Shown here: in pieces, positions 53,307-63,344 of the stretch
Layout: every line of letters begins with the position of its first letter
How positions within the stretch are numbered: position 1 is the first letter of the stretch
NCBI GenBank assembly: GCA_963674825.1
Contig: OY771587.1
Location: forward strand, 352,001-416,000
Reading direction: 5' to 3'
DNA: 64,000 nt
DNA from: Candidatus Cloacimonadales bacterium
GTDB lineage: Bacteria; Cloacimonadota; Cloacimonadia; Cloacimonadales; JAIOQZ01
Translations under genes and position numbers: made by a program
The notes under the pieces: model-generated
Told to the model about the DNA's origin: nothing
Databases searched by the model: none
Seen by the model: only the letters and a program-made list of their open reading frames with translations

Positions 53307-55718
53307 CTCGATACGATAAAGAAGATTCTCGAAATCTCGGGGAGGATATGCACGCAGCGTGTCTTCCCCGATTTCTTTTTCAAGCTCGCTCAGCTTCGTT
53401 TCGATCTCGTAGTTGTCACGATAGCCTGGAAGCTGCGTGACCTTCGCATAGAAATACCATGCCGGAAGCTTCTGGTCAAACTTGAGATAGAGTTCTGCAA
53501 GCGTGCGATAAGTATCGATGTTGGCGGCTTTAGCTGGAAATTGACGGTAATATTCGAGCAGATTACGACGCGCCTTGCGGTAATCCTTCTCGCCATAACG
53601 TATTGCGTATCGCAAGAACAGCACGTCACTCACGAACCGGCTTGAATCACGAACCGCGATGCTGTCCAACGTTGAAATAGCATCATCGAAAGCGTGCATG
53701 TAGATCTGGTTCTTGGCAATTTGCATCATGATCGCGGTGGTATCGACGTGCGTTGTGTCGTCAAAGAAGCTGTAATAGATATCGTTCGCTTGGGCGTAGA
53801 GCTTGCGATGCTCATAAAGACCCGCTAGCGATCTCAGTAAAGTTCGATACAGGAAATCGTCCTCGGCAGCGCTCGCCAGTTCCGAATAGATCTCCGCAAC
53901 CTGCCGTACCTCCAGCTCAAGGGCGATTTTCTCCAGTAACAGCAGCGATTGATCGCGAAGTACTACTGGTTTTTCAGTCTCGAGTGAATCCGGGATTAAC
54001 AGCTCTTTTATCAGTTCGACCGCGCGATCGATCTCCTGATTCTCATGGCATGCAACAGCCTGGTAGTATCGAATGGAATCGGCGTCGCCAATCTCTTTTA
54101 CCAGGAGCGAATCGGCGAAGGTAATCAAGGCCGGATACTGCTTCTGTTCCATGTAATAGGCGATAAGATCGTAAGCAATCCGAGCTGAACGGGGATCGTC
54201 CGGGTATTGACGCACATAGTTCAGAAGAAATTCCTCGGTGTTTTCGTACTCACCCAAGTTATACTTGGCATATTCGCTTCGGTAGTGGACTTCCGGTGCG
54301 GTCTCTGTCTCGATCGCCGCATAGAGTTCATTTGCCTTCTCAAAGTTTCCGTTCTCGTAATAGTTATCGGCAAGAATCTGCATGTAGCGTCCGAACTCCT
54401 CCGGCTTGAGGTCGCTTTTAAAGCGGATTGCCTCCGATTCCAGCGTCTTGAAATAATCCAGCTCGACCAGGTTGTCCAGATATCTGATCAGGAAGATGTG
54501 ATCGAAGTTGTTCTCGTACTTACGGACGATATTCCGGTAGTACTTGCGTGCGATATCCGGATGCTTTGTGAACGTGTAGAGATCCGCGAGTTGGTAATTC
54601 GCCAGCGAATCCCAGTAGGCGGTTGTATCGAGGTTTTTCAGCCAGTAATAAGCCGTGCTATTGTACTTGTAATAGCCACGATAGGCCCAACCGATAGCGT
54701 AATTGCTGTAATATTCCGCATCGGGCCGCAATTCCTGGAATCGTTTCAGAGCTCCTACCGCTGATTCGTAGCGATGGAAGCGATAGTCGAGCTCACCCTT
54801 TGCAAGAGATGCCAGCGAGCTATGCTCAATATAACTCTCGCCGATACGACGCATGATCTCGTCGGCGGTGTAGTAATGCTTTTGGCTGATCGCCAGCATT
54901 GTACGGCAGAGATTGCTGCGATTGGTCTGAGGAAGAAAGAGCTCCAGATGCTCCGTTGCGTCGCTACGATTCTGCTCCATGAAGAAGAGGATATATCGGA
55001 TCAGCGCATCCTCAGAGAGCGTGTCGAGCTTCTCGGGAAATTGAGACACTTTGCCTGTTTCCATTGCTATCAGTGAAAGATAATCCGCCGCGATGGTGCT
55101 GACGGGGTGATCGCTTTCGGTTATAAGGCTGTCGAAAACAGCGCTGGCTTCGTCTTTATTGTCGAGGTAATAATCGGCAACCGCGCGAACAAGTCGCTCC
55201 TCGTCATACGAGAAGAGCCCATCCGGCATCATCTCAAGTAAACTGGCGATCTGATCGAAATTACCGTTGAGAAAGAGCGAGATGAAGATTTGCTTGAGCT
55301 CGACCATCTGTTTGAGAGTGCGAAGACGGTCGAATTCGCGAAAAGAGGCTTTGACCTCGTCCAACTTGTAATTAAGAATAAATGAGCTCTGCAGATACCA
55401 GTAGATGTAGCGTGGGAACCAAGTCTCCTGAAACGCCCGTGACTGCTGTTGCACCGTTTGGATATATTCCTGATAACGCCCCAACCTGTACAGGATATCG
55501 AGCCGCATGAGGATGTGATGAGGGTCGTCGCTCTCGCAGTTCCGGATCGTATCCCAGGCGGCGTTATAGTCCTGCTGCTGCACAAGCATTTCAGCCTTTT
55601 CATATCGCGCGTGCATCAGGTCTTCCAACGAGAGATCGGTTCGAAATCGATCGGCATCCGTCGCGAACAATGTCCCCATCAGGAATGCGATCATCAATAT
55701 CGAACCACGAGCGTTCAT
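53292..55718 (-). CDS. Tetratricopeptide-repeat protein, secreted
   Basis: Signal peptide; helical repeats such as LADNYYENGNFEKANELY. Confidence 0.7.
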   Translation of the reverse strand: MNARGSILMIAFLMGTLFATDADRFRTDLSLEDLMHARYEKAEMLVQQQDYNAAWDTIRNCESDDPHHILMRLDILYRLGRYQEYIQTVQQQSRAFQETWFPRYIYWYLQSSFILNYKLDEVKASFREFDRLRTLKQMVELKQIFISLFLNGNFDQIASLLEMMPDGLFSYDEERLVRAVADYYLDNKDEASAVFDSLITESDHPVSTIAADYLSLIAMETGKVSQFPEKLDTLSEDALIRYILFFMEQNRSDATEHLELFLPQTNRSNLCRTMLAISQKHYYTADEIMRRIGESYIEHSSLASLAKGELDYRFHRYESAVGALKRFQELRPDAEYYSNYAIGWAYRGYYKYNSTAYYWLKNLDTTAYWDSLANYQLADLYTFTKHPDIARKYYRNIVRKYENNFDHIFLIRYLDNLVELDYFKTLESEAIRFKSDLKPEEFGRYMQILADNYYENGNFEKANELYAAIETETAPEVHYRSEYAKYNLGEYENTEEFLLNYVRQYPDDPRSARIAYDLIAYYMEQKQYPALITFADSLLVKEIGDADSIRYYQAVACHENQEIDRAVELIKELLIPDSLETEKPVVLRDQSLLLLEKIALELEVRQVAEIYSELASAAEDDFLYRTLLRSLAGLYEHRKLYAQANDIYYSFFDDTTHVDTTAIMMQIAKNQIYMHAFDDAISTLDSIAVRDSSRFVSDVLFLRYAIRYGEKDYRKARRNLLEYYRQFPAKAANIDTYRTLAELYLKFDQKLPAWYFYAKVTQLPGYRDNYEIETKLSELEKEIGEDTLRAYPPRDFENLLYRIELLSN

Positions 55719-55719
55719 C

Positions 55720-56490
55720 TTAGCCTCCGATAGCCAGCAACGCCGCGCCGTAAGCGCCGGTCATCACCGGGTTTTCAGGTGTCTGGAACTTCCTTTCGAA
55801 TACGGTTTCAAGATAATGTCTAAGGCCTTCGCTGCGTGCCGTTCCGCCCGTGAAGACGAACTGCTCTGCCATTGGCAGGCCGGACGCCATGCCCCGGATA
55901 CGCCGCGCGATGGAGTCAAAGACACCTCTCGCGATCTCGCCTGGCTGCACACCACGAGCCAGCAGCCCGATTATCTCCGACTCAGCGAACACCACACAGG
56001 TGTTGTTTACCGGTACCGAGTCATCGACACTGAGCGCCAGCTTCGAGAGGTTTTCGACATCCGTCTCCAGAATGATGGAAGCGGTTTCGAGAAAGCGCCC
56101 TGTACCGGCAGCGCAACGATCGTTCATGGCGAAGTCGATCACGTTTCCGAATTCGTCCAGCGCAATGGCTTTTGAATCCTGTCCACCGATGTCGATGATG
56201 CCTCTTGCTTCCGGGATCAGCCATCGTACGCCTCGTGCGTGGCATCCGATCTCCGAAATCGCCTTCCCCTCGAACGCACTCTTGCGCCCATAGCCGGTTA
56301 CGTGAACCTTTTCAATATCCGTATCACGCAGACTGAGAGATATTAACGCCTTCTCATAGAGCATCTTCGCGCTTCTTGTATGCACAGCACCCGTATCGGT
56401 GTAATCCTCGAAAACAAATTGACTTGCCTCCGAATCGAACACCGCGATTTTCGTAGTGCGTGAACCCGAATCTATTCCAATACTAATCAT
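55720..56490 (-). CDS. CoA-substrate-specific enzyme activase (HgdC/BadF ASKHA ATPase, [4Fe-4S])
   Basis: GIDSGSRTTK, TGYGR, IDIGGQDSK, MNDRCAAGTGRFLE and CVVFAESE motifs. Confidence 0.92.
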   Translation of the reverse strand: MISIGIDSGSRTTKIAVFDSEASQFVFEDYTDTGAVHTRSAKMLYEKALISLSLRDTDIEKVHVTGYGRKSAFEGKAISEIGCHARGVRWLIPEARGIIDIGGQDSKAIALDEFGNVIDFAMNDRCAAGTGRFLETASIILETDVENLSKLALSVDDSVPVNNTCVVFAESEIIGLLARGVQPGEIARGVFDSIARRIRGMASGLPMAEQFVFTGGTARSEGLRHYLETVFERKFQTPENPVMTGAYGAALLAIGG

Positions 56491-56493
56491 ATA

Positions 56494-59022
56494 TCAGGAA
56501 AGAATATAGGTGTAGAAGTTATCTTCCACAAAGTATTTTCGGGCAATCTCGCGGATATGATCCAGCGAGACATTCTCCAGCCGCTTTTCGCGGTCAAGGA
56601 AGTATTCGTAGCCCAATCCGAGCGATTCCAGCAGTGCAATGGTAGTCGCCTGATGCAGCACGCTTTCGTCATCCTGCAATCTACTGCCGCGTATCGCGTT
56701 ACGGGCCGTTTCCAGCTCTTGTTCGCTGATCGAATTGGTTTTGCATTTCTCCAGGATATTGTGAATCACATCGAGGCTTTCCTTTTCGCCATCGCGATTA
56801 ACCTGCGCCCAGACACGGAAGTAACCCAATGTCTCAAGTGCCTGGAAATCGAAGTCAACTGAATACGCCAGACCGCGCTTTTCTCGCAATTCGTTGTAAA
56901 GCCGTGAATTGAGATCGCCACCAAGTATCTGCGACAGCACGTAGAACGCGGTGTTCTGCTCCCGGTCGTCGTAGCGGCAGCCGAATCCACCAAGCTGGAT
57001 TATCGATTGATCCAGTCCGGTATCTTTCCGGCGATGGCGATTTTCCGATGGAGACACAAGCGCTTCCTGCGGCAGAGTTTCCTGTGGATCGTTCGGAAGA
57101 TGAGCCAAAGTCTTCTCGAGGTACTCAATCGTCTCATCGATGGGCATATCTCCGACGATGGATATCACCATTCTCGATGGGCTATAGTATGCCTGATACC
57201 ATTCGATGATCCGTTTTCGGGAGATCTCACGCAGATCTTTGATGCGGCCATAGCGGTGCAGCAGGTTGCTGTGACGTCCAAATGTCATCTCCTTCCAGAG
57301 CTTGCTCGAATACTGCTGCGGATAGTCCTTGATGCGGTTGAGCGAGCTGATGACCGTATTGCGGATATTGTGCAGATGGTCGTTCGGGAAGAGAGGTCCG
57401 GAAAGAACCTCGTGCAATAGATCTAGCGCAGTGAAGAGTTTATCCTCAAAGCATTTACAGCGGATTGTTGTTGTCTCGAGCTGATTTGATACGCCCAGAA
57501 CAATTCCCTGATCCGAGCAATATTGAAGCATCTGACGATAGTTACGTTTCTGGTTGCCGTGCATTAGCAGCGTGGATGCAAGCTGATTGATTCCGCGATT
57601 GCCTTCGCGCTCGTTAAGCTGTGATGAAGCAAGGCCAACGGCAATACCGATGGTTGGCTTACCGGTTACCTTCTTCAGGCATACTTTCATACCGCTGGAG
57701 AGTGTAGTGAACTCGCAATCTCCTTTTACCGATCGTTTTGACACGGTTTCGCGTTTGACCGGTGAAAAAATCTTCTGCGGCTTAAGCTGCTCTTTGCCCA
57801 TGTAGTAAACTTGTAGCACGTCGGGATAGAGGTACTTGCGAATCACGCGCCGGGTATCGGCTTCAGTGATACGTGAAAGAATCTCCGGTGTACGCACGAA
57901 TCCTTCCCAGCCGATGGTCAGCTCGTCGTTGCCCAGGCTCATGCCGAGTGATTCGGCGTACTCGCCCGTGTAGCGATGCTGATGCAGCGATTCGGTTTTA
58001 ATACGATCCAGTTCGTCGCTCTTCATGCCGAAGCGATAGAAATCTTCCATCTCTTCGCGAACGATCCCGATGATGCGATATAAATCACCGCCCTTCTTGG
58101 GATTGACCATCAAAATTGCCATGCCGTCATTGACACCACTGAACGAATGCAGCCGCATGCCGTCGATGAGCTTCTCTTTCTCGAAGAGACGCTGATAAAG
58201 ACGTGAGTTCTTTCCTTGGGCAAAGGCCTTGATCGCAAGATTGTAGGCGTTGAAATCCTCATTTGTATCCGAGAAATCCGGAATGCAGAATGCAAGGAAT
58301 CCATTGGCAAGCTTGCGTTTGTATTGCTTGAAGCCCGTCTTGACCGGCAGCGGATCCTGCGGAAGCGGATCATGCTGAACCTTAGCCGGCTTCCAGTCGT
58401 TGAAAAATTCGTTGATCATCCCCGTGAGCGCTTCCGGTTGAAGATCACCGCACGCGACCACATAGGCGTTGTTGGGTACGTACCAGTGATGGTGAAAACG
58501 TTTCAGATCGTCCGGCGTCGCCGCCAGGAGCGTCTTCTCATTTCCGATGATCGGGTTTCGGAGGGGATTGTCGGTGAAATAATCCATCGGAATCTGCTCG
58601 AGAAAGAATTCCTCCGGGTCGTTACGATATTGTTTGAGCTCTTCCAGAACCACTTTGCGCTCGAATTCGAACTCTTCGTCGTCGAACTGCGTGTGGCAGA
58701 CGAGCTGCGAGAGGAGATGAAGCCCTTCCCGGGTGTAGCGCGATGGAAGTGTGATGAAAAAGCAGGTCGAGTCGTACTCGGTGTAGGCATTCAGCGTTCC
58801 GCCGTAGAAGGCCGCCTTTTCCGAGATGGTGCCATCGGGGAAATCACGTGTCGATTTGAACACCAGGTGTTCGAGGAAATGCGAGAATCCCGCCTCTTCC
58901 GGCTTTTCCCAGCATGATCCGACCCGCACGAAGACCATCAAGCTGATCAGCGGGTTGGCGTGGGATTCGGACATGATCACTTTCAAGCCGGCCGGTGTGA
59001 CGTTGGTTTCGATATTGTACAT
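56494..59022 (-). CDS. M16 family (pitrilysin-like) zinc protease, fused double domain
   Basis: HFLEH inverzincin motif, NAYT, E..VVLEE and SRLY.ELREKRGLAY motifs. Confidence 0.92.
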   Translation of the reverse strand: MYNIETNVTPAGLKVIMSESHANPLISLMVFVRVGSCWEKPEEAGFSHFLEHLVFKSTRDFPDGTISEKAAFYGGTLNAYTEYDSTCFFITLPSRYTREGLHLLSQLVCHTQFDDEEFEFERKVVLEELKQYRNDPEEFFLEQIPMDYFTDNPLRNPIIGNEKTLLAATPDDLKRFHHHWYVPNNAYVVACGDLQPEALTGMINEFFNDWKPAKVQHDPLPQDPLPVKTGFKQYKRKLANGFLAFCIPDFSDTNEDFNAYNLAIKAFAQGKNSRLYQRLFEKEKLIDGMRLHSFSGVNDGMAILMVNPKKGGDLYRIIGIVREEMEDFYRFGMKSDELDRIKTESLHQHRYTGEYAESLGMSLGNDELTIGWEGFVRTPEILSRITEADTRRVIRKYLYPDVLQVYYMGKEQLKPQKIFSPVKRETVSKRSVKGDCEFTTLSSGMKVCLKKVTGKPTIGIAVGLASSQLNEREGNRGINQLASTLLMHGNQKRNYRQMLQYCSDQGIVLGVSNQLETTTIRCKCFEDKLFTALDLLHEVLSGPLFPNDHLHNIRNTVISSLNRIKDYPQQYSSKLWKEMTFGRHSNLLHRYGRIKDLREISRKRIIEWYQAYYSPSRMVISIVGDMPIDETIEYLEKTLAHLPNDPQETLPQEALVSPSENRHRRKDTGLDQSIIQLGGFGCRYDDREQNTAFYVLSQILGGDLNSRLYNELREKRGLAYSVDFDFQALETLGYFRVWAQVNRDGEKESLDVIHNILEKCKTNSISEQELETARNAIRGSRLQDDESVLHQATTIALLESLGLGYEYFLDREKRLENVSLDHIREIARKYFVEDNFYTYILS

Positions 59023-59036
59023 TCGTTCTCCGGTTT

Positions 59037-59813
59037 CTATCGATGCCGCTCGATGCAGGCATATGCGTTGTGGTTGTGGATCGATTCCATATTCTCGGCC
59101 TCGATCCGAAAGCTTGTGATGCGCGTGTCGTTTTGCAGCTTCAGGGCCAGTTCGCGAATGACATCCTCCACGAAGCGTGGGTTGTCGTACGCCCTTTCGG
59201 TGACATACTTCTCATCGACGCGCTTGAGCAGCGAGTAAATCTCGCAACTTGCGGAGGCTTCAGCGTATTCGATCAGCTCTTCCAGCCAGATGAATTCATC
59301 GTAGCTGGCTTCGATACGAATCAGTGAACGCTGGTTGTGCGCACCGTATTCGCTGATTTCCTTGGAGCAGGGACACAGCGTTGTGACCGGCACCTCGACG
59401 CCAATACGTAGATCATAACCCTCTTTACAGGAAGCCTCGAATACGCAGTTGTAGGAGAGGATCGATTCGATACCGCTAACCGGTGCTTTCTTGCGGATGA
59501 AATATGGGAAGCGGATTCGCGTGAATGCCGCAGTGGCATTCAGAGAAGCTTTTATATCCTCGAGGAACGGCTCGAGATCGTGGATGAACGACTCCTCGTG
59601 ATAACGGTTCAACACCTCGATGAAGCGGCTCATATGAGTTCCGCGCTCGGTGTGCGGAAGCTGTACGTAGATGTCCAGGTCGGCGGTTGTGTGTTGGATT
59701 TCCTTGCTGCGATCCTCAACAACGATCGGATACTGGATGTTCTTTACGCCTACCTTGTCAATGGAGATATTGCGTCCGTCCTGTTGACTCTGTATGTCTA
59801 TTTTCACTTCCAT
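59037..59813 (-). CDS. folE2: GTP cyclohydrolase IB
   Basis: DIQS, IDKVGV, GTHMSRF, TLCPCSKEIS, AHNQRS and ESIHNHNAYA motifs. Confidence 0.96.
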   Translation of the reverse strand: MEVKIDIQSQQDGRNISIDKVGVKNIQYPIVVEDRSKEIQHTTADLDIYVQLPHTERGTHMSRFIEVLNRYHEESFIHDLEPFLEDIKASLNATAAFTRIRFPYFIRKKAPVSGIESILSYNCVFEASCKEGYDLRIGVEVPVTTLCPCSKEISEYGAHNQRSLIRIEASYDEFIWLEELIEYAEASASCEIYSLLKRVDEKYVTERAYDNPRFVEDVIRELALKLQNDTRITSFRIEAENMESIHNHNAYACIERHR

Positions 59814-59833
59814 CTACAATCTTCCCATCTTTT

Positions 59834-60832
59834 TTAATTACTGTCATCCGATTCCAGGAAATCCTTTACACCCATGGTGCGCATAGAGATGATCTCGTCA
59901 CCTTCCTGGCTGTAAATAATTGCGTTTACGCCGGGGAACGATTTCGCCAGCTCGATTGCTTTCTCCGGTTTCAGTAGGAACATCGCCGTAGAGAGAGCGT
60001 CTGCCAGCGTAGCATTCGGCGCGATGACCGTCACCGATATTGTATTTTGTGCCGGGAAACCAGTCTTCGGGTTGATGATATGATGATATCGCACGCTGTC
60101 CTGCATGAAGAAACGCTCGTAGTCACCCGATGTTACCACTGCGCATTCCTCCAGGTTCAGCACTGCGATAATGCCATCCATCTCACGCGGATGGCGGATG
60201 CCGACCCGCATCTTCCCGGTATCACCGAAGTAGCGGATGTCACCACCTGCGTTGATGAAGCCTGAAAGTACACCTTTGGAAATCAGATATTCCACCGCAC
60301 GATCGATGATATAGCCCTTGGCGACACTGCCTAGATTGATCTTCATACCGACCGGCCTGGTTAGGTTCGTGCCGTCGAGCGAAAGCTTATCGAAGCCAAC
60401 ATGGCTCTGAGCATCTGCGATAGCGCTTGAATCGGGAACGATCTTTTTCTCGAAATCCCAGAGATCGCTCAGCACGCCAATGGAGAGATCGTACAGCGAA
60501 TCCGTTTTAGTGTATAAGGTCGCGCCAAGCGTCATCATCTCCTGTACATCCGGCGAAAGCAGGAACTGCGTGTCTTCTGAACTGTTCATTTCGACAATCT
60601 CGCTTCCATCTTTGAAATAGGAGAGTCGCTTCTCGTAATCGCGCATCAGGTTGAAGGTGCTGTCGATCAGCGCTTTCGCATTCTTGTCGGATGTCTTGAT
60701 GGAAACCTCAACAAACGTATCCAGAAGGATCTGCGAATCTTTGATCTCGTATGACCTGGTCATGAATCGCCACGCGGCGAAAACGATGATCGCGACCAGT
60801 AGCAGAAGCTGCAATAACTCTTTTCGTTTCAT
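59834..60832 (-). CDS. apbE: FAD:protein FMN transferase
   Basis: LGSVAKGYIID, NAGGD, VTSGDYER, RYHHIINPKTG and ADALST motifs; start chosen after GAGGAA. Confidence 0.93.
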   Translation of the reverse strand: MKRKELLQLLLLVAIIVFAAWRFMTRSYEIKDSQILLDTFVEVSIKTSDKNAKALIDSTFNLMRDYEKRLSYFKDGSEIVEMNSSEDTQFLLSPDVQEMMTLGATLYTKTDSLYDLSIGVLSDLWDFEKKIVPDSSAIADAQSHVGFDKLSLDGTNLTRPVGMKINLGSVAKGYIIDRAVEYLISKGVLSGFINAGGDIRYFGDTGKMRVGIRHPREMDGIIAVLNLEECAVVTSGDYERFFMQDSVRYHHIINPKTGFPAQNTISVTVIAPNATLADALSTAMFLLKPEKAIELAKSFPGVNAIIYSQEGDEIISMRTMGVKDFLESDDSN

Positions 60833-61082
60833 GTCGTTCCTCATTCTGTATTCAAGTAAATAATCAGTTAGTAAGAAAATTATACCCACCGCATTTGTCA
60901 ATCGTTTGTTGTCGGAATCGGTTCCACCATGGTATCCGTAACCCCTGAGTGTGGCATATAGTGACTCTTCTGAATGATGATGTCCCCTTAACCTTCATGT
61001 CATCAGCCGCTAATACAGCTTCTCACAAGAAAAACATGGACAGGATCAACCGCACTGAGAAGATTTTGTATTGAGGTAATTT

Positions 61083-61514
61083 ATGAGAAAAATATTCATA
61101 GCAATCATGCTTCTGGCTGGACTATTGTTGTGCGCTGAAGAGCCGCTGGAAGTCATGAAGAAAGTCGATAATGAACTGCAACAGATCGCGTTGCGATCAC
61201 AGAAAGCCAAATCTACACAGGATGTATTAACCCTGATGAAAGATCTGACAAAGCAGATGTCCACCTATGCTTACGCAACCATGGACCTACAGAAGCAGAT
61301 CAGGGAAACCAATACCTTACCGGATTCGCTCGACACTATGATGATGCACTTTGCCAGTAACATGCAGCGCAGCATGGCCGCTACCGAACAGGCCGTACGC
61401 CAGTTTGAGAACAACGAAAAGGTCAAACTTGCCCTCGACGAATACCGGCTGGAGATGAAAAGACTCAGCCAGATGATGATGGACACTACTGAAGAAAATG
61501 ACTCCCAGGAGTAA
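61083..61514 (+). CDS. Secreted alpha-helical hypothetical protein
   Basis: SD GAGG; signal peptide; helical, Met-rich. Confidence 0.75.
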   Translation: MRKIFIAIMLLAGLLLCAEEPLEVMKKVDNELQQIALRSQKAKSTQDVLTLMKDLTKQMSTYAYATMDLQKQIRETNTLPDSLDTMMMHFASNMQRSMAATEQAVRQFENNEKVKLALDEYRLEMKRLSQMMMDTTEENDSQE

Positions 61515-61523
61515 AATACCAAT

Positions 61524-61913
61524 ATGAAAAAGCTTACGATCCTGATACTCTTCATTGCCACCGTGATGTCACTTGTTGCGACCGATACACCGGACACCGT
61601 TATAATCAACGCTGCTGATCGGCTCAAAGACCTCGCGATCCAATCCAAAGCCATCCAGAAACCGGAACAGGCCGCTACGCTGCTCGAGAATCTTCACAAG
61701 GAAATCGTTCTTGTCATCGGTGCCAATCAGCAGATGATCGATAATAAAGTCGAGTTGGACGAAGCCCGTCAGAACGAGCTCGCAGATGCATTATCGGACA
61801 TCTTCGATAGCGTTGAAGTGATCACAATCACAGCTACGCAGTTCAAAGAGGACGCCGCGGTCAGAAAAGCGTTGGAAGATTTCGAAGCTGAACTGGAAAA
61901 ATTCAAACAATAG
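61524..61913 (+). CDS. Secreted alpha-helical hypothetical protein, probable paralog of the upstream gene
   Basis: SD AGGAG; signal peptide; LAIQSKA and QFKEDAAVRKALEDF resemble IALRSQK and QFENNEKVKLALDEY upstream. Confidence 0.75.
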   Translation: MKKLTILILFIATVMSLVATDTPDTVIINAADRLKDLAIQSKAIQKPEQAATLLENLHKEIVLVIGANQQMIDNKVELDEARQNELADALSDIFDSVEVITITATQFKEDAAVRKALEDFEAELEKFKQ

Positions 61914-62006
61914 CAGTTCAGGCCGTTTCGTTCTTCAAAACCCGGAGAAATCCTTGACACATCTGCTTATCGGCAGGTTTTTACATCGTATTTTCAGGGA
62001 GAAGCT

Positions 62007-62693
62007 ATGACATTGCAAGAACGAATCGAAGATATAAAGAGTCGCGTAGAGCAATCCGCTGCTGGCAGAAATGTTACGCTGGTCGCCGTGAGCAAGAATC
62101 ATGACGCGGCCACCATCCGTAAGGCGCTTGATCTCGGTGTCGAAATTATCGGCGAAAACCGGGTGCAGGAAGCTGAAAGTAAACTACCAGAGCTCAAAGG
62201 CCACTACCGCGAATTCCATTTTATAGGACACCTGCAAAGCAACAAAATCCGAAAACTGCTTCCGCTCGAACCAACACTGATCCACTCCATCGACAAATTT
62301 TCCACAGCCAGTAAGCTGGACCAGATATTGGAGGAAATGGATCGAGAGCAGGACATCCTGATCGAGGTAAACACATCGGGTGAAGCTTCCAAAGAGGGTG
62401 TCCAGCCAGAAAAGCTGCTTCCGTTGGTGCATAAGCTATCCGAGCTGAAGCGAGTCCACGTCCAGGGCCTGATGACCATTGGGCCACTCACTGATGATGA
62501 AGTGAGTATCCGCAAGAGCTTCAAACAGCTTCGGGAACTTGCCGAAAGGATCCGCGCAGAAAATATCCCAGGAATCGTGATGAAACACCTTTCCATGGGA
62601 ATGACACACGATTTTGTAATCGCCATCGAAGAAGGCGCGACCATCGTCCGCGTTGGAACCGCGATCTTCGGTGCTCGAAACTATACGGAGTAA
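62007..62693 (+). CDS. yggS: Pyridoxal phosphate homeostasis protein (YggS/PLPBP)
   Basis: LVAVSK, GENRVQE, HFIGHLQSNK, LSMGM and GATIVRVGTAIFG motifs. Confidence 0.96.
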   Translation: MTLQERIEDIKSRVEQSAAGRNVTLVAVSKNHDAATIRKALDLGVEIIGENRVQEAESKLPELKGHYREFHFIGHLQSNKIRKLLPLEPTLIHSIDKFSTASKLDQILEEMDREQDILIEVNTSGEASKEGVQPEKLLPLVHKLSELKRVHVQGLMTIGPLTDDEVSIRKSFKQLRELAERIRAENIPGIVMKHLSMGMTHDFVIAIEEGATIVRVGTAIFGARNYTE

Positions 62694-62695
62694 AC

Positions 62696-63343
62696 ATGCT
62701 AAACATATTCATGCCGATCATGCTCATTATTCTGTCGTACCTGATCGGGTGCTTTTCAGCCGCGAGAATCGTTGCCAAGACCTTCAAGAATTTGAAGATA
62801 ACAAAGGTTGGAACCGGACATCCGGACACTGCGAACATCTATTGCAATGTCGGCAAGATGCTGGGAATCCTGGTGGGAATGCTCGATGTGGCTAAAATCT
62901 ACATCTACCTGTTGGTGCTCTACAAAGCGCTGCTGTATCTGGGGATGCCTTACGCCGACTACCACTGGCTGCTCCTCTTCGGTGCCATGGTTCTCATCGG
63001 CCATACTTTGCCGGTTACCCACAATTTCAAAGGCGGACGCGGTATATTCACCTATTTTGGATTCGCAGCCTTTTTCGCTTTCCTTCCGACTGTCGTGACC
63101 GCATTTCTCGCGCTGATCATGGTATGGAAGTTCAAACAGGTTCGCTTCGCACAGTATATGATCGTTATGCTTCCCATCCTGTTTGTGTATGTTTCGAATT
63201 TATTCATCACGCACAAGCACGGTTTTATATTCCCCAGTTTCGCATACAATTCGCCCTATCCGAACTTCGCATACTTCGGTGTAAGCGCAGTATTCATGGG
63301 CATCCTGAATTTCATCGTCTCCAAACGCCTCGGAGAATTCTGA
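62696..63343 (+). CDS. plsY: PlsY-like membrane protein with divergent catalytic motifs
   Basis: SYLIG, D..K and GH..P...FKGGRG motifs; motif 1 reads GTGHPDTAN and motif 3 is not recognisable. Confidence 0.65.
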   Translation: MLNIFMPIMLIILSYLIGCFSAARIVAKTFKNLKITKVGTGHPDTANIYCNVGKMLGILVGMLDVAKIYIYLLVLYKALLYLGMPYADYHWLLLFGAMVLIGHTLPVTHNFKGGRGIFTYFGFAAFFAFLPTVVTAFLALIMVWKFKQVRFAQYMIVMLPILFVYVSNLFITHKHGFIFPSFAYNSPYPNFAYFGVSAVFMGILNFIVSKRLGEF

Positions 63344-63344
63344 T

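Noticed and set aside
60970..61025. Fluoride-riboswitch-like words (TGATGATGTCCCC...AACC...GCTAAT)
   Set aside because: The P1 stem and the 3' pseudoknot partner are missing, and the downstream genes are unrelated to fluoride.
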